A DNA stretch of 64,000 nt from positions 99,324,001 to 99,388,000 of the forward strand of contig NC_043005.1 in NCBI RefSeq assembly GCF_006345805.1, in the 5' to 3' direction. This stretch comes from Octopus sinensis (Eukaryota). The notes under the pieces are model-generated. The model ran no database searches. It saw only the letters and a list, made by a program, of their open reading frames with translations, and was not told where the DNA came from. This document shows, piece after piece, positions 38,422 through 51,880 of this stretch. Position 1 is the first letter of the stretch; each line of letters opens with the position of its first letter. The position numbers and the translations under genes are program-made.

Positions 38422-39298
38422 TCTTTAAATTCACAAAATTAAACACACCTCTCTGTCTTCCTGTCTGCACAAGCATGATGGATATATACATGTGTTTTTT
38501 TTTTAATAAGTTAGTCAGAAGATTAAGTGCAGGTCCAGGCCTTTTGTGAGTCCTTTTAAACTGCTGACCATCCAACCTGAATACTTGTAGAACAGAGTGT
38601 GTGGAGGTGGAATTGACAGTGTAGTCTGGATGCTTACAACAGAATAAAGACATCAAGGGTCATAGGCGCCATAAAGAATCCATGGTAGGAGAGGTGCAAG
38701 TGAATTGAAACAAAATGAAGTCAATGAAAATTAATGTTTGATAATTGTGAGAGAAAACTTTCGAGAGATAACTGTAGAATAATTGTGATTTTATGAGATA
38801 AACAAATGAAGGTGAAGGTCAAATTTTTGGACACTAAATTGATTGTAAATCATATGGGATCTCAAGCATAGTTAGGTTATTAGAATATGATTTTATAAAG
38901 TAAAAAACATGGAACAAACTGATTTGTTATATATATGTATATACAGAGTGTGAAGTAGGTAGAAATAGCGTATGCTAATAATAACGGTAATTCTTGTGTG
39001 TATGTATATATTTATCCCATATATTTTATATATATATGTTTTATACACACATATATACATACATACATACATACATACTGACAGACATACATACCTATAC
39101 TTCCTACACAATGATGATGGCTGTAGTCTCAAATCTGTAGTGATGTCGTATGAAGTGCATATAGTGACACTGAAACAACATCTCCAGTAGAAGAAAAATG
39201 ATCTGAAACTATCTTGTCCAAGTTTGTGACAACGTAATTAAGATAGCTAACAAACTTGAGGAGAGGCATGAAATTTTACCAAAGCTTCCCAAGAAGCT

Positions 39299-39490
39299 TT
39301 GGTAAAATCTATTTATCAAAAGACCAAAATAAAAAAAGTGGACCAGTTCACTGAGAAGATAATACATGGGTACTTGGCACAAAAAAAAATACAAACCATA
39401 AAAACAATTAATCATGTCAAAAGCTTGGCATGGAAAACCAAGATGTTTATGACATCCAAATTCATAGGCTATGTCCATGCATTATGTTCC
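39299..39490 (+). pseudogene. Relic of an RLE-type (R4/Dong-like) non-LTR retrotransposon, post-RT region
   Basis: IIHGYLAQK...KSLAW...MTSKFIGYVHA resembles the HG..-S..W-EG...A segment that precedes the CCHC knuckle in this group (recalled pattern). Confidence 0.45.
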
Positions 39491-39895
39491 AAACTTTGGT
39501 AATTTTAAAGAATTTTAAGGCACAAACTGAACAATTGAAATCACTTATTGTAACCAGTCTGATATTCAGAGTAACTCAATTGTTTAATTGCCAAACCTAA
39601 AGAAATCAGAAACATAAAAGGGACCTCTACTGAAACATTAAAAGAGCATTGGATAAGCTCATAATGACAATATCAGGCCAACTCCCCATGCAAGGATACA
39701 TTCAGGGAAGATCAGCTGCAACAAAATTCAATCCCAGACCAACTTTCAGCCATAATGTGACAACAAAACTGAAAGATAATAGATTAAGGAGGTATTCCAG
39801 CATGGCCACAGTCCTATGACTGAAACCATTAAAAAGTAAAAGTGTTAGGAGATCCCCACCATCTACCTGCAGCATAAAAGGCAGAAAATACCGAG

Positions 39896-40062
39896 AGGCG
39901 TAGGAGTGGCCATGTGGTAAGTAGCTTGCTTACGAACCACATGGTTCTGGGTTCAGCTCCACTGCGTGGCACCTTAGGCAATAAGTGTCTTCTACTATAG
40001 CCTAGGTCTGACCAAAGCCTTGTGAGTGGATTTGGTAGACAGAAACTGAAAGAAGCCTGTCG

Positions 40063-40126
<64 letters not shown>

Positions 40127-40325
40127 TCTGTGTTTGTCCCCCAACATCGCTTGACAACCGATGCTGGTGCTTTTACATCCCCATAACTTAGTGGTTCGGC
40201 AAAAAAGACTGAATAAGTACTAGGCATACAAAGAATAAGTCCTGGGGTTGATTTGCTCGACTAAAGGCGGTGCTCCAGCATGGCCACAGTCAAATGACTG
40301 AAACAAGTAAAAGAGTAAAAGAGAT
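39896..40325 (+). mobile_element. SINE family A
   Basis: Full length, with a central (TA)(TG) tract. Confidence 0.9.
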
Positions 40326-40543
40326 AACAAATGTAGGCTGTACAAGGCCAAGACTGAAAACAGCAACCACATAATTGCCAACTCTGAGAGAATGTCTTTC
40401 AACAAGACATAATGCAATGGCCAGAACAGTCTGGAACAGGAGTACAAAAGAGAATAACACCTACAGATGAAGCTGACTATATTGAGATCGATAGGTCAAA
40501 AGAATATTGATGCAACTTAAAGAGGATAACAGTCACCACATTA

Positions 40544-40846
40544 AAATACAACCAACCAGATATTGGTTGTGTGGAAATCAGCTGCCCTCTAAACACCAAT
40601 GGGGCTAGAAAAATATCAGAGAATGAGAAATCCTATGGACCATTAATAAGGGGCTTGCAAATCCAGTACTCAAAATATACTTTGAGCTTCATACCTATTA
40701 GAACTGGAACCACAGGGTATGTGCCAAACTGTCAAGAAAAAAGTATGCTTAAACTTGGGTTCTTGGGGAGAGAATGCAAATCCTTAATCCATACGCTGCA
40801 AATGATCATGATACTTGGAATTCTAAAAATTTTCAAGATTTTCTGA
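40544..40846 (+). pseudogene. Relic restriction-like endonuclease C-terminus of an R4/Dong-like element
   Basis: KYNQPDI...VEISCP.NTN..RKISENEKSYGPLIRGLQIQY...FIPI..G..GYV...LGF...LQ, matching the PD-(D/E) RLE layout with a deletion after PDI. Confidence 0.6.
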
Positions 40847-41074
40847 AGGTTTAAAAAATAATGAACAAAACAGGATGCTTTCCATCACAACTTTGCTACC
40901 AAGCAGGTGGGCAATCAAATTTTATTCTAAATTAAGAAGAGAACGTATATGTCTACACACACACACACATGTATATATATATTCACTCATTCATGCATAT
41001 ACATGTGTGTGTGTGTGTGTGTATATGTGTGCATATATACATACATATATATATGTGTGTGTATATATATATAT

Positions 41075-41333
41075 AAAATAAATAAATGCGCTCTTTTAAA
41101 GCCTAGCCAGACTCATGGGTCCAGTTTCCCAGTTTCAATGGCGTATGTGTTCCCTGGCTGGATGGGACGCCAGTCCATCGCAGCGTTACTCCTTTTTGCC
41201 AGCTGAGTGGACTGGGGCAACATGAAATGAAGTGTTTTGCTCAAGAACACAACACGTCGCCCAGTCCAGGAATCGAAACCACAATCTTACGATCATGAGT
41301 TCAACATCCTAACTACTAAGTCACGCGCCTCCA
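41075..41333 (-). mobile_element. tRNA-derived SINE, family D
   Basis: Minus strand tggaggcgcgtgacttagtagttagg...ggtttcgattcc head, then gttgtgttcttgagcaaaacactt and gcgatggactggcgtcccatccag segments. Confidence 0.7.
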
Positions 41334-42139
41334 CACACACACACACACACATATATTCATCGAGTCAGTCTCTTGCTACTCTGAGTAGAATTTCAACTTT
41401 CTCAGTAAGACTCATTATATTATTAATCAATATTTCAAATAAATCATTGAGCATGTAGTATTGGCTGTACAAGTATGAGGGGGGGAAAATTATGTAAATC
41501 ACAATAAATTAATTCTATATATTCATAAATTCTTTGCCTAAGTCTAAAATAATTTTGTGGCTCTACCAGCCAGAGAAAGCATATATAATTTGAATATATA
41601 GAATTAATTCCTATGCTGCGGAGTGTGTCAAGTATGTTTTCTCAAAGATCTATTGCCAAAATCTACACCACTGAATAATTTATATGAAATATTGATAGAA
41701 CTATAAAAAAATGGAACTCTGTGCAGTTCTGACTGCCCCAAACTTAAATAAGACTGAAATAAGTTGTAATTTTGATTTCTCTGACTTGGAGAAACCAGTT
41801 CTTCTCTGAGTTCACGTAGACTGTGGGAAGATCTATAAAACTGTGGGAAGATCTATAAAAACAGTTGCTAGAACAACAAACACAAACCTCATCCTATCCA
41901 GGAAAGATAAGAAGAACACTGATGTAAAACTATTCAAAGAAAAGCAAGACTAACCGAATGGGGAGTCAGTTAAAGCATACTTGAACCTATTTGGTGATAA
42001 CCCTCCAGAAACAGTTCCTGGTTCTATGATACAAATTTCTTGATTTTAAGTAATCTAAATTAAAACTTCCCATCAAAGTTTTGCTTCAATTTGTGTTTCA
42101 AACACCAGCTTAATGGTTTCAAATTTGGAAACAAGGCCA

Positions 42140-42315
42140 GCAGTTTCAAGGGAGGGAGTAAGTCGATTACATCAGCCCCAGTACTCAACTGGTACTTATT
42201 TTATTGACCCTGGAATGATGAAAGGCGAAGTCAACCTCAGCAGAATTTGAAGGCAGATGAAATTCTAAGCATTTTGGCCAGTATGATAATAATTCAGCCA
42301 GCTCACTGCTTTAAA
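42140..42315 (-). mobile_element. SINE family B, diverged
   Basis: ggtacttattttattgaccctggaatgatgaaaggcgaagtcaacctcagcagaatttgaa. Confidence 0.7.
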
Positions 42316-42434
42316 CACCAATTTAATAATTCTTTGTACAATAGGCACAAGGCCTGAAATTTGTGGGGAGGGTCACATCGACTCCAGTACTTGACAAGTA
42401 GTACTTGATTTATTGACTATATATCTATATATAC

Positions 42435-42474
<40 letters not shown>

Positions 42475-42478
<4 letters not shown>

Positions 42479-42640
42479 CGAGCTTCTTTCAGTTTTCGTC
42501 TACTAAATCCACTCGCAAGCCTTGGTCAGCCCGAAGCTATAGTAGAAGACACTTGCCCAAGGTGCCATGCAGTGGGACTGAACTTGAATCCATATGGTTG
42601 GTAAGCAAGTGTCTTACCACACAGACATGTCTGTGCACTT
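42475..42640 (-). mobile_element. SINE family A, 5' half
   Basis: Matches the head and body up to the TA tract. Confidence 0.75.
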
Positions 42641-42852
42641 GTAGGATAGAATCTTCACCCTGCTCATGTTGTAGGACATTCAACAGTTTACATTAATACC
42701 ATGAAGCTCACTGGCATCTGAGGGCAGGAAACGGTCATGGCTAATGCCACTTGCTTCAAGCTCAATAAATAACAATAATAATAATATCAAATAAAAAACA
42801 CCACAGGCAATGATTTTTTGCTTTTATATGTCCAGGTATGGCTCATAGGTTT

Positions 42853-43236
42853 AGGCATGGCTGTGTGGTAATAAGTTTGCATCCCAACCACATGGTTCTG
42901 GGTTCAGTCCCACTGCATGGTACCTTCTACTATAGCTTCAGGCTGACTAAAGCCTTGAAAGTGGATTTGGTAAAGGGAAACTGAAAACAGCCCATTGTAT
43001 ATACATGCATATATATGTATGTGCGTGTGTGTGTGTGTCTATTATTATCTCCCCCCACCACCACCACCACTTGACAATTGGTCTCAGTGTGATTATGTTG
43101 CTGTAACTTAGCAGTTCAGCAAAAGAGACTGATAGAATAAATACCAGGCTTTAAATAGAAGTCATTAAAGTACTGAGGTTGATTCAGTTGACTAAAATTC
43201 TTCAAGGTAGTACTCCAGCATGGCCGCAGTCTAATG
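42853..43236 (+). mobile_element. SINE family A, diverged
   Basis: Head, body and tail all recognisable. Confidence 0.75.
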
Positions 43237-43359
43237 GATCATCATCATTTAAAATCCATTTTCCGTGCTGGCATGGGTTGGACAGTTTAACTGGAGTAGG
43301 CCCACTGGAGAGCTGTCCAGACTACAGTTGTCTGTTTTGGAAGGTTTCTATGGTTGGAT

Positions 43360-43511
43360 GCCCTTCCTAACTCCAATTGCCCTTCCTAACTCCAGCTGCC
43401 CTTCCTCACTCCAGCTGCCCTTCCTCACTCCAGCTGCCCTTCCTAACTCCAGCTTCCGTTCCTAACTCCAGCTGCCCTTCCTAACTCCAATTGTCCTTCC
43501 TAACTCCAACC
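43360..43511. repeat. 19-bp minisatellite, 8 copies
   Basis: Consensus gcccttcctaactccagct; contiguous with a minus-strand RTE tail fragment (43237-43378). Confidence 0.92.
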
Positions 43512-44149
43512 ACCCTCCCTAAGTAAAACATAAAAGATAATAAATGTCAAAAAACTGAGTAGATATTGAACCTACATCTGAATTCTTGATGTAGTACTGT
43601 GCTCACTGCTAAAATCAATTTTCTAATAGACTTTATATAACTTATAAGCATGTTACCATGGCAATGAGTAGAGAACTTGGAGTTGAGTGGTAAACAGAAT
43701 CATAGGTCCACAGTTTCCTCTGAGCTCTCATTATTAGTTTTCACATTCACTCTTTGTATTTATAACTGTTGAAGAAATGTTGGAACACATTATTTGCAAT
43801 ATTATTTTGTTTGTCATGATATGAGTTTGAGTGTTACGATTTCAACAATCTTCACAACAGAATGAAATGAAAGACACAAAAGAAACCCCTCACATAGTGA
43901 AACAATGGCTTAACGATTTATAAATTCATGCATGCATAAAAGCAGCATGGGACCCACAGAGCAAGAATTCCTCAAGCTGTTATTCAGTTTTGGCCCTTTA
44001 CATTTGGGAATTCAAATCCTACAAGGTTAACATAACCTTCTATCCTTCTAAAACAATAAAATCAAGGACCAACCAAATAAATTATCACTGTCTATATAAC
44101 CCCCTGACAGTGTGTGGCCTTGTGCTAATGTTAGATATTATTGCTGTTG

Positions 44150-44196
<47 letters not shown>

Positions 44197-44519
44197 GAAT
44201 TTTTGTTATGCATTTGTTACTGGATATATGAGAAGCAAACCTTCACTATTAGGAATATTTTTTTAAATAATGTGGCACCATATGGATCTTTTGGAGAGAA
44301 TTTCTCCTTGGATTTTTTGCAGAAATACATATTTTTCATCAGCATATGTGAAAGAGTGTATTTATATGTATGTATGCATTTGTGAGTAAGTGTGTGTGTG
44401 TGCGCGTTTATGTGTGCATGTGTGTGTATACGTATATACAGACATATATATTCACATACATACATATATACACAAACACATATGTATACATACATACACA
44501 CACACATATATTCACATAC

Positions 44520-44551
<32 letters not shown>

Positions 44552-45010
44552 ATATTTATAAACTATATTCTATATGATCATACACAGTCTTGAATATATA
44601 GTGACAGCTACATTCACATTTATAACACTCTCTATATGTGTATGTATATGCATGTTTATGTGTGTGTGTGCATTAACATGTGTGTGTGTATGTGTGTGTG
44701 TGTGTGTGTCTTACATGAATATATGGGAAAATTCTTTCTGATATTGGTTTACTTCAGCAGGGAGATAGTTCTTTCAGGAATCCCTTTACTCCACCCCTTT
44801 ATTTTTTATCACAACCAGGCTCTCATCTTCTAAGAGGATCATTTTGCTTTTGCCCCCGTTTTCAATATTGCTCTCCCTATTTGTATTTTACCACCAATAT
44901 TATTACTGACATTATTATAGTTGTGATATTTCAAGGCAGTTTCTTGCAAGCTTTTATTGCACCGCCAGGTAAACTTCCATGTTTCTGAGGTATGTGCATC
45001 ATTATTTATA

Positions 45011-45410
45011 GGCATAGGAGTGGCTGTGTGGTAAGTAGCTTGCTTACCAACCACATGGTTCCGGGTTCAGTCCCACTGCATAGCACCTTCGGCAAGTGTC
45101 TTCTACTATAGCCTCGGGCTGATCAAAGCCTTGTAAGTTGATTTGGTAGACGGAAACTGAAAGAAGCCAGTCGTATATATGTATATGTATATATATATGT
45201 ATGTGTGTGTGTTTGTCCCCCCAACATCGCTTGACAACCGATGGTAGTGGGTTTACATCACTGTAACTTAGCAGTTTGGCAAAAGAGACTGATAGAATAA
45301 GTACTAGGCTTAGAAAGAATAAGTCCTGGGGTCGATTTGATCGACTAATGGCGGTGCTCCAGCATGGCCACAGTCAAATGATTGAAACAAGTAAAAGAGC
45401 AAAAGAGTAA
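45011..45410 (+). mobile_element. SINE family A
   Basis: Full-length match. Confidence 0.9.
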
Positions 45411-45920
45411 TGTACATCTATGTGCACAGCACACACTGCATCTGTTTTTGCTTTGTTGTATTGTTTCTGGAGCTACTTTAGTGAAGTTGATTCAACCATG
45501 TAACCCAGCAATCTCTACAATTTAAGACCATGCACCACATGGTCAATTTCCTGTTCACCATGCGATATTTTCCAAGTAATTGTTATCACTAAAATACCAA
45601 AATCAAACTGCTATACTGCATGACCTTTCTCGACCAATCACAGGCTAACGTCCAGTGGTAAACATTGACTATCTTCAGTTGAACTATTATTCAGACCTCG
45701 ATGGAAGAAAACTAGCCACACGATTGAAGCTCAGAATACCAAGGGGGGCTGGCAGCGGCCACGATCGGTTGGTGCTTTTTACGTGCCACCGGCACAGAAG
45801 CCAGTCAAGACGGCGCTGCAATCGGCCACGTTCGGATGGTGCTTTTTACGTGCTGAAAGGAAGCAACAGAAAGTTACAATCACACTCTTACCCACACGTA
45901 GAGCGGGTCACCTTAAGCTA

Positions 45921-45958
<38 letters not shown>

Positions 45959-47084
45959 TATATAAAATAAAATAAAATACAAAGGGGGACAAGAATGCAA
46001 AACATCCGGACAACTAGGTGATACAAAAAGAGACAACAAAACATCCAGTTAGACGATACAAAAAAACATGGATGGGTCATTCGAAGCCTTTTATTTTCAG
46101 TCAAGAACCGGATCATCCTCGCAATTTCGGCTGATTAATCTTGCGATTGCTTCAGTCTGGCCAGCTCCAAGGAAAAACTAAGCCAAGAGCATTAGATTCT
46201 TTGGAAAAAAGCAATGAATGTATACGAAACAAGGACGGAAAAACAGACGATGTTACACGAATATAAATACAAAATACAATAAAAAACAATAATAATAATA
46301 ATAACAGGACATAACAACAGGCGTCTTTCGACTATATAAATGTATTGTTTGGGAAATTCCGTACACTGGATCTTTAACTGGTTTTCATGGTTTCCAGGCA
46401 AACAATTCTTTGCATGGAACCAATGGATATTTTAAGAAAGTGTGTCTTTTTCCAGATGTATTATTAATCCCTAAAGCACACACATTTTCTTGATGATGCT
46501 ATTGCTTTTGTTCTTCCCACATTATCGATCTTTTTATCTCCTCAGCACACATATCCATGGATAATACTCAATTGTATCTATACCCCACAATGTCTTTTAT
46601 TGACTGTGGCCATGCTGAAGCACCACCTTGGAGAATTTTAGTCAAAGAAATCAACCCCAGTACTTATATATATATTTTTTTAGGCTGGTGCTTATTCTAT
46701 TGGTCTCTTTTGCTGAACTACTAAGTTGTAGGGACATAAACACATCAACACCTGTTGTCAAGCAGGGAGGGGGAGACAAACACAGACACACATTGGCCTT
46801 GGGTGGGGGGCAGAAAGATGGAGTATTTCTAATGCAGCACTCAACCCAAGCTTTAGGTTGTCTACACTCTTGGATTAAAATCTTAAGATTGAATTTCTTC
46901 AGGTGCAGAAAATCCAGGTGTCACAACAGTAAAACCAATGTATGGGTCAAGTGAAAAGTAAAATATAATCCAAATATGAAGACAAAGAAAGTGTTTATTG
47001 CATCTTTCGTGACCAGTTGCTGTTGTTTCTCTACCAGTTTGTGCAAGTGTTCCATGTGAAAATTTACATAATATTTGCTTGTGC

Positions 47085-47255
47085 CATGTAAAAAGCACTC
47101 TGCTGGGTGGTTGGTGTTAGGAAGGGCATCCAACTGTAAAACCCTGTTAAAACAGACACAGAAGTCTGGTGCAAGCTCCTACATGGCCAGCTCCTGTGAA
47201 ACCATCCAACACATGCCAACATGGAAGATGAACGTTAAATGATGATGATGATGAT
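47085..47255 (+). mobile_element. RTE tail fragment, diverged
   Basis: ttaggaagggcatccaactgtaaaacc...gaacgttaaatgatgatgatgatgat. Confidence 0.75.
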
Positions 47256-48049
47256 ATATATATGACGGACTTCTTTGAGTTTCTAGCAATCAAATCCACT
47301 CACAAGGCTTTGGCTGACCTCAAAGCTATAGTAGAAGACACTTGCCCAAAGTGCCACACAGTGGAACTGAACCTGGAACCATGTGGTTGGGAAGCAAGTT
47401 TCTTACCACATAGCCACGCCTGAGCCAATTTAAAAAAAATTTTTCAAAATTACAGTTATCATAACAAATTTTTAATGTAATCTTAATTCTCAGTTTTTGG
47501 TTTATTTTCCATGAAATATTTCATAGCTACCCACAAATAACTCCAACAGTAAATTGTCCCAACCTGTTGTTTCTTGAGGTCTCTCAAAACTTGGAACAAC
47601 TTGTATAAAACAAAGCAACAAAACTAAATGCTTAATAACAATGATGAGGATTATGATGCTACTGGTGAAGGTGATAATGATAAAAATAGTAGTAGAGTAG
47701 TAGTTGTTGTTATTGTTGTAGTTGTTGGTGTAATAGTTACGTCTGGATTTAGGTCATTAATTATGGGTATTTCTTTTTGGAATTTCTAGATGGATAAAAA
47801 AAAAGCAAAAACAAAGATAACCTCAGTAAGATTTGAACTCAAAACACCCAAATAAGATAAAAATTTAAATACGATAAAGATTTTTAGTCGATTTCTTTAA
47901 TGTCTAAACCACTTTTATCATTCAATACAATAATAATAATAATAAAAATGATGACGATGATAATGATGACGATGATGGTAAAGATATAATGATGATGATG
48001 ATGATATTAATAAAAATAGTAGTGGTAGTGGTGGTGGTAGTAGTAATAA

Positions 48050-48080
<31 letters not shown>

Positions 48081-48860
48081 TATTATGATGAAAGAAACTT
48101 GGAAATATAAACTGGCAGAATTAGAATTTAGATGAGGTAAAAGGAAAAAAAAAAGCCAACAACTTTAAAATTAAAAAGCAAATTGAAAATAAAGTGAGAA
48201 TTCTAAGGGGGAGAGGGGGGGTGTATGAAACAAGTTGGACTTACGCAAGAGATCAGAAAAGAGCAGGAATTAAACAGACATAAATAAACATGAAATGCGG
48301 AATCGGATTAAGAAAGAAAGAAACCAAAACAACAACAACCCGAAACAAGATGTCAGAAGTAAGTGTTGGATAAATAATGTCAGTTCAGTGAAAAGTAAAG
48401 AAATAAGATGTTTAGCAATTGTCTTTGAGACTAACTTTAGAGTGACTTACTTTCGCAGAGTTTCACTTCCTTTCTCATGTTGTAATTCTGATGTTTATTT
48501 GTTGTTGTTGTTGTGAATCATCATGGCTGAATGTGTTTGTGTGCAGGAGAGAAATTCAGATGTTCCAGCATGGCCAACTGATTGAAACGACTGGGTGTGG
48601 AGGCATGGCTACGGGGGGGGGGGGGGAACATCAAAAGATCAATCTTCTCTACTAACATTATATAGTCATATATATATTAAGACGGTCAGCTGGACAAAAT
48701 GCTTTGTGGAATTTAGTCAGTTTTTACATTCTCAGTTCAAATTCTGCCGCTGTCGACTTTCATTCTTTCAGAAGTTGATAAAATAAGTAACAGTTAAAAT
48801 ACTGCAGGTTCATATAATCGACTCCCTTCACCCACGAAAATTTGGGCCTTGTGCCTATAT

Positions 48861-49246
48861 TCTTTTACTTGTTTCAGTCATTTGACTGTGGCCATGCTGG
48901 AGCACCACCTTTAGTTGACTTATTCTTTGTAAGCCTAGTACTTATTTTATCGGTCTCTTTTGCCAAACTGCTAAGTAACGGGAATGTAAACACACCAGCA
49001 TCAGTTGTCAAACGATGTTGGGGGGACTAACACAGACACACAATCATATACACACACGTACATATATATATATACATATATACGACGGGCTTCTTTCAGT
49101 TTCTGTCTACCAAATCCACTCACAAGGTTTTGGTTGGCCTGAGGTTATAGTAGAAAACACTTGCCCAAGGTGCCACACAGTGGAACTGAACCTGGAACCA
49201 TGTGGCTGGTAAGCAAGCTACTTACCACACAGCCACTCACACGCCT
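48861..49246 (-). mobile_element. SINE family A
   Basis: Near full-length match. Confidence 0.85.
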
Positions 49247-50022
49247 ATAGTAAAAATGATTATTTTGTCATATGATATATATATATATGTATGTGTTTAT
49301 GTGCATGTGTGTATGTGTGTATATATATGTATAAATAAATTCTGTCTGTCTGGAAACCCTGTATCTCAGTCTACATTTTCTCTACATAGATATATCTGGT
49401 TTAAAAGCTCTCGGGTTGCTATTTCTAGCAGGCAAAGCTTAGTTGATTCATGCCATCCTGGTTGGTATTTGTCAGATGATGTCAGAAATCAAGGGGGAGA
49501 TAAATGACATTCGCTTCGTTAATTTGGGACAAACTGGCCAACAATTGAACTTGAGACTGGAACACTAGAATGATTAAATTACAGAATTAATTCTCATCCA
49601 TCCTTAACCTCTGATTAAACACCACCAGGGCATATAGTCATTGGAGATGCATTATAGTTGTGCAATGTAGTTCCCTTTAGTTTTGGGCCACAAGTTCAAT
49701 TAGCTCTCTGCAGGTATTAGCCTGAAAGTCCCCATGGAGTGCAGCTTTAAGCTAGTATATACATAAATGTCGAACAACAAGAATGAGTGCTCAACACTGC
49801 ATTGGGGGATAAAATTTCTTTATTTGTGTATTAAGGCTACCTTTTGTTTCATGTTAAGAAAAAGATATTGATATCGTAATTTTTCAAGCTGATCACATGT
49901 AGGCGTGGTGTTCATCATCATTTTAAGAAAATGGAGATGAACACCATTCCTCCGTGTAATTGGCTTGAAAAATTAAGATATTAAGATATTTTTCCAAACA
50001 TGAACCCAATGGTAGCCTTAAT

Positions 50023-50107
<85 letters not shown>

Positions 50108-50474
50108 GTCCATGAGTAGCACTGGATTAGACAATTTGACTAGATCTGACAAACCAGAGCACTGTACCAGGCTCCAGTCTGGTTTGACTTTTACTTTATA
50201 TCAAATTTTTAGATACCACATAGTCATTTGTAAATACAACATAATTGTTTATTTGAAAACATTCTATTGTATCAAATTACTAATTAATTAGTTTTATATC
50301 ACAAATAGTTTGTATTCTTCATAGTCATAATTTTCTTTTTGTGAGGCAATAACTGATTAAATAAGGAGTAAATTCTAAAGGCTATACATCTAAATGATGG
50401 CCAGATTTTAAAATAATTAAAATTTATAAGCAATAATAAATCCCAGAGCAAGTTATAAACAGTAGCTGTATGAC

Positions 50475-50869
50475 ATCGTGAAGTATATTTGCCACTTAAA
50501 TGTGGCTAACCCTTTAGAGTGGATACTACTGTAGCTTGTAACCCCAGGAGGACACCTCCTCCAGTTGGCTATAGACACACTTTCTGTGTCCTATCAGTAT
50601 TTGCAAAGGGAAGCCATCCTTCTCATCTTCAACCTGTATGATACACACAGACTCGAGGTTCTGGGTATTGACCAGTCATCAGAAATTCGAGTCCGTATGT
50701 ATCATGTCAGGCTGAAGATGGGAAGGATGGCTTCCCTTTGCAAATACTGATAGGACACAGAAAGTGTGTCAATAGCCAGCTGGAGGAGGTGTCCTCCTGA
50801 GGTTACAAGCTACAGTAGCATCCACCCTTAAGGGTTAGCCACATTTAAGTGACAAATATACTTCACGAT
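50475..50869. repeat. 395-bp near-perfect palindrome (foldback element)
   Basis: Arms of about 182 bp (50475-50656 / 50687-50869), about 93% complementary by manual alignment, with a central spacer of about 30 bp or less. Confidence 0.95.
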
Positions 50870-51109
50870 AAAATTCATGTTAAGCATTTTGGATGCCCTT
50901 CCATATACCAACCAACCCACAGAATAATGGGTGCCTTTTTCATGTCACCAGCATAGGTGTCTTTTATGTGTCACTGGCACAGGTGCCACTTACATGTCAC
51001 CAACACAGATGCCAAATACTATTTAAATGTCCCTGGCACGGGTGCATTTTATGTGTCAATGGCACGAGCGACTTTTATTTATCACTAGCGCTGACCACCA
51101 ACTATGACA

Positions 51110-51320
51110 TACATACGTAATACACGCATACATACATACATACATACATACATAAATACACACATATAAACAAACATACGTACACACATACATACATACA
51201 TACATACATACATACATACATACATACATACATACATACATGCATACATACATACATACATGCATACATACACACACACACACACATACACACACACACA
51301 CATACATACATACATGTGTA
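51110..51320. repeat. (TACA)n/(CA)n microsatellite
   Basis: Directly visible. Confidence 0.92.
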
Positions 51321-51531
51321 TCTGTCTGTTTATATGAGCAATCTGAAAATTGTCATTACATGCCTTTGAAGCCATGTGAAGTAAGAGATCCTTTACTTGA
51401 AAAACGTGTATGAGTTGACATCAGGAAGGGCATCTGGCTTTAAAACAATATCTCAATAACATTTTCATGAAATCTATGTAAACATGGGGGAAAAAGCCCA
51501 ACACATTAAATGAATGAATAAATATGTAAGT

Positions 51532-51768
51532 AGTCATTTGACTGTGGCTATGCTGGAGCATCGCCTTTAGTCGAGCAAATCGACCCCAGGACTTATTCTT
51601 TTAAAGCCTAGTACTTATTCTATCGGTCTCTTTTGCTGAACCGCTAAGTTACGGGGACGTAAATACACCAGCATCGGTTGTCAAGCAATGTTGGGGGGAC
51701 AAACACAGAAACACAAACATATGCACACAGACATACATACATACATACATACATACATACATACATAC

Positions 51769-51806
<38 letters not shown>

Positions 51807-51815
51807 GTATGTATG

Positions 51816-51880
<65 letters not shown>

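Noticed and set aside
39896-39970. tRNA gene calls for SINE heads
   Set aside because: A/B-box-like motifs only; no complete cloverleaf, and each head continues into SINE body.
41821-41860. 20-bp exact tandem duplication (also 16801-16876 and 19882-19960)
   Set aside because: Ordinary slippage or repair duplications with no associated structure.
43360-43511. CRISPR-like repeat
   Set aside because: Contiguous tandem units without spacers, derived from an RTE tail.
45960-46440. Repeat-like fragment possibly related to a Penelope terminus
   Set aside because: No hammerhead core, TIR, TSD or second copy in the window, so it cannot be classified.
50650-50695. Hammerhead at the centre of the long palindrome (minus-strand CUGAUGA at 50676-50682)
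   Set aside because: No correctly placed GAAA after the stem on that strand; the plus strand has GAAA but lacks CUGANGA.
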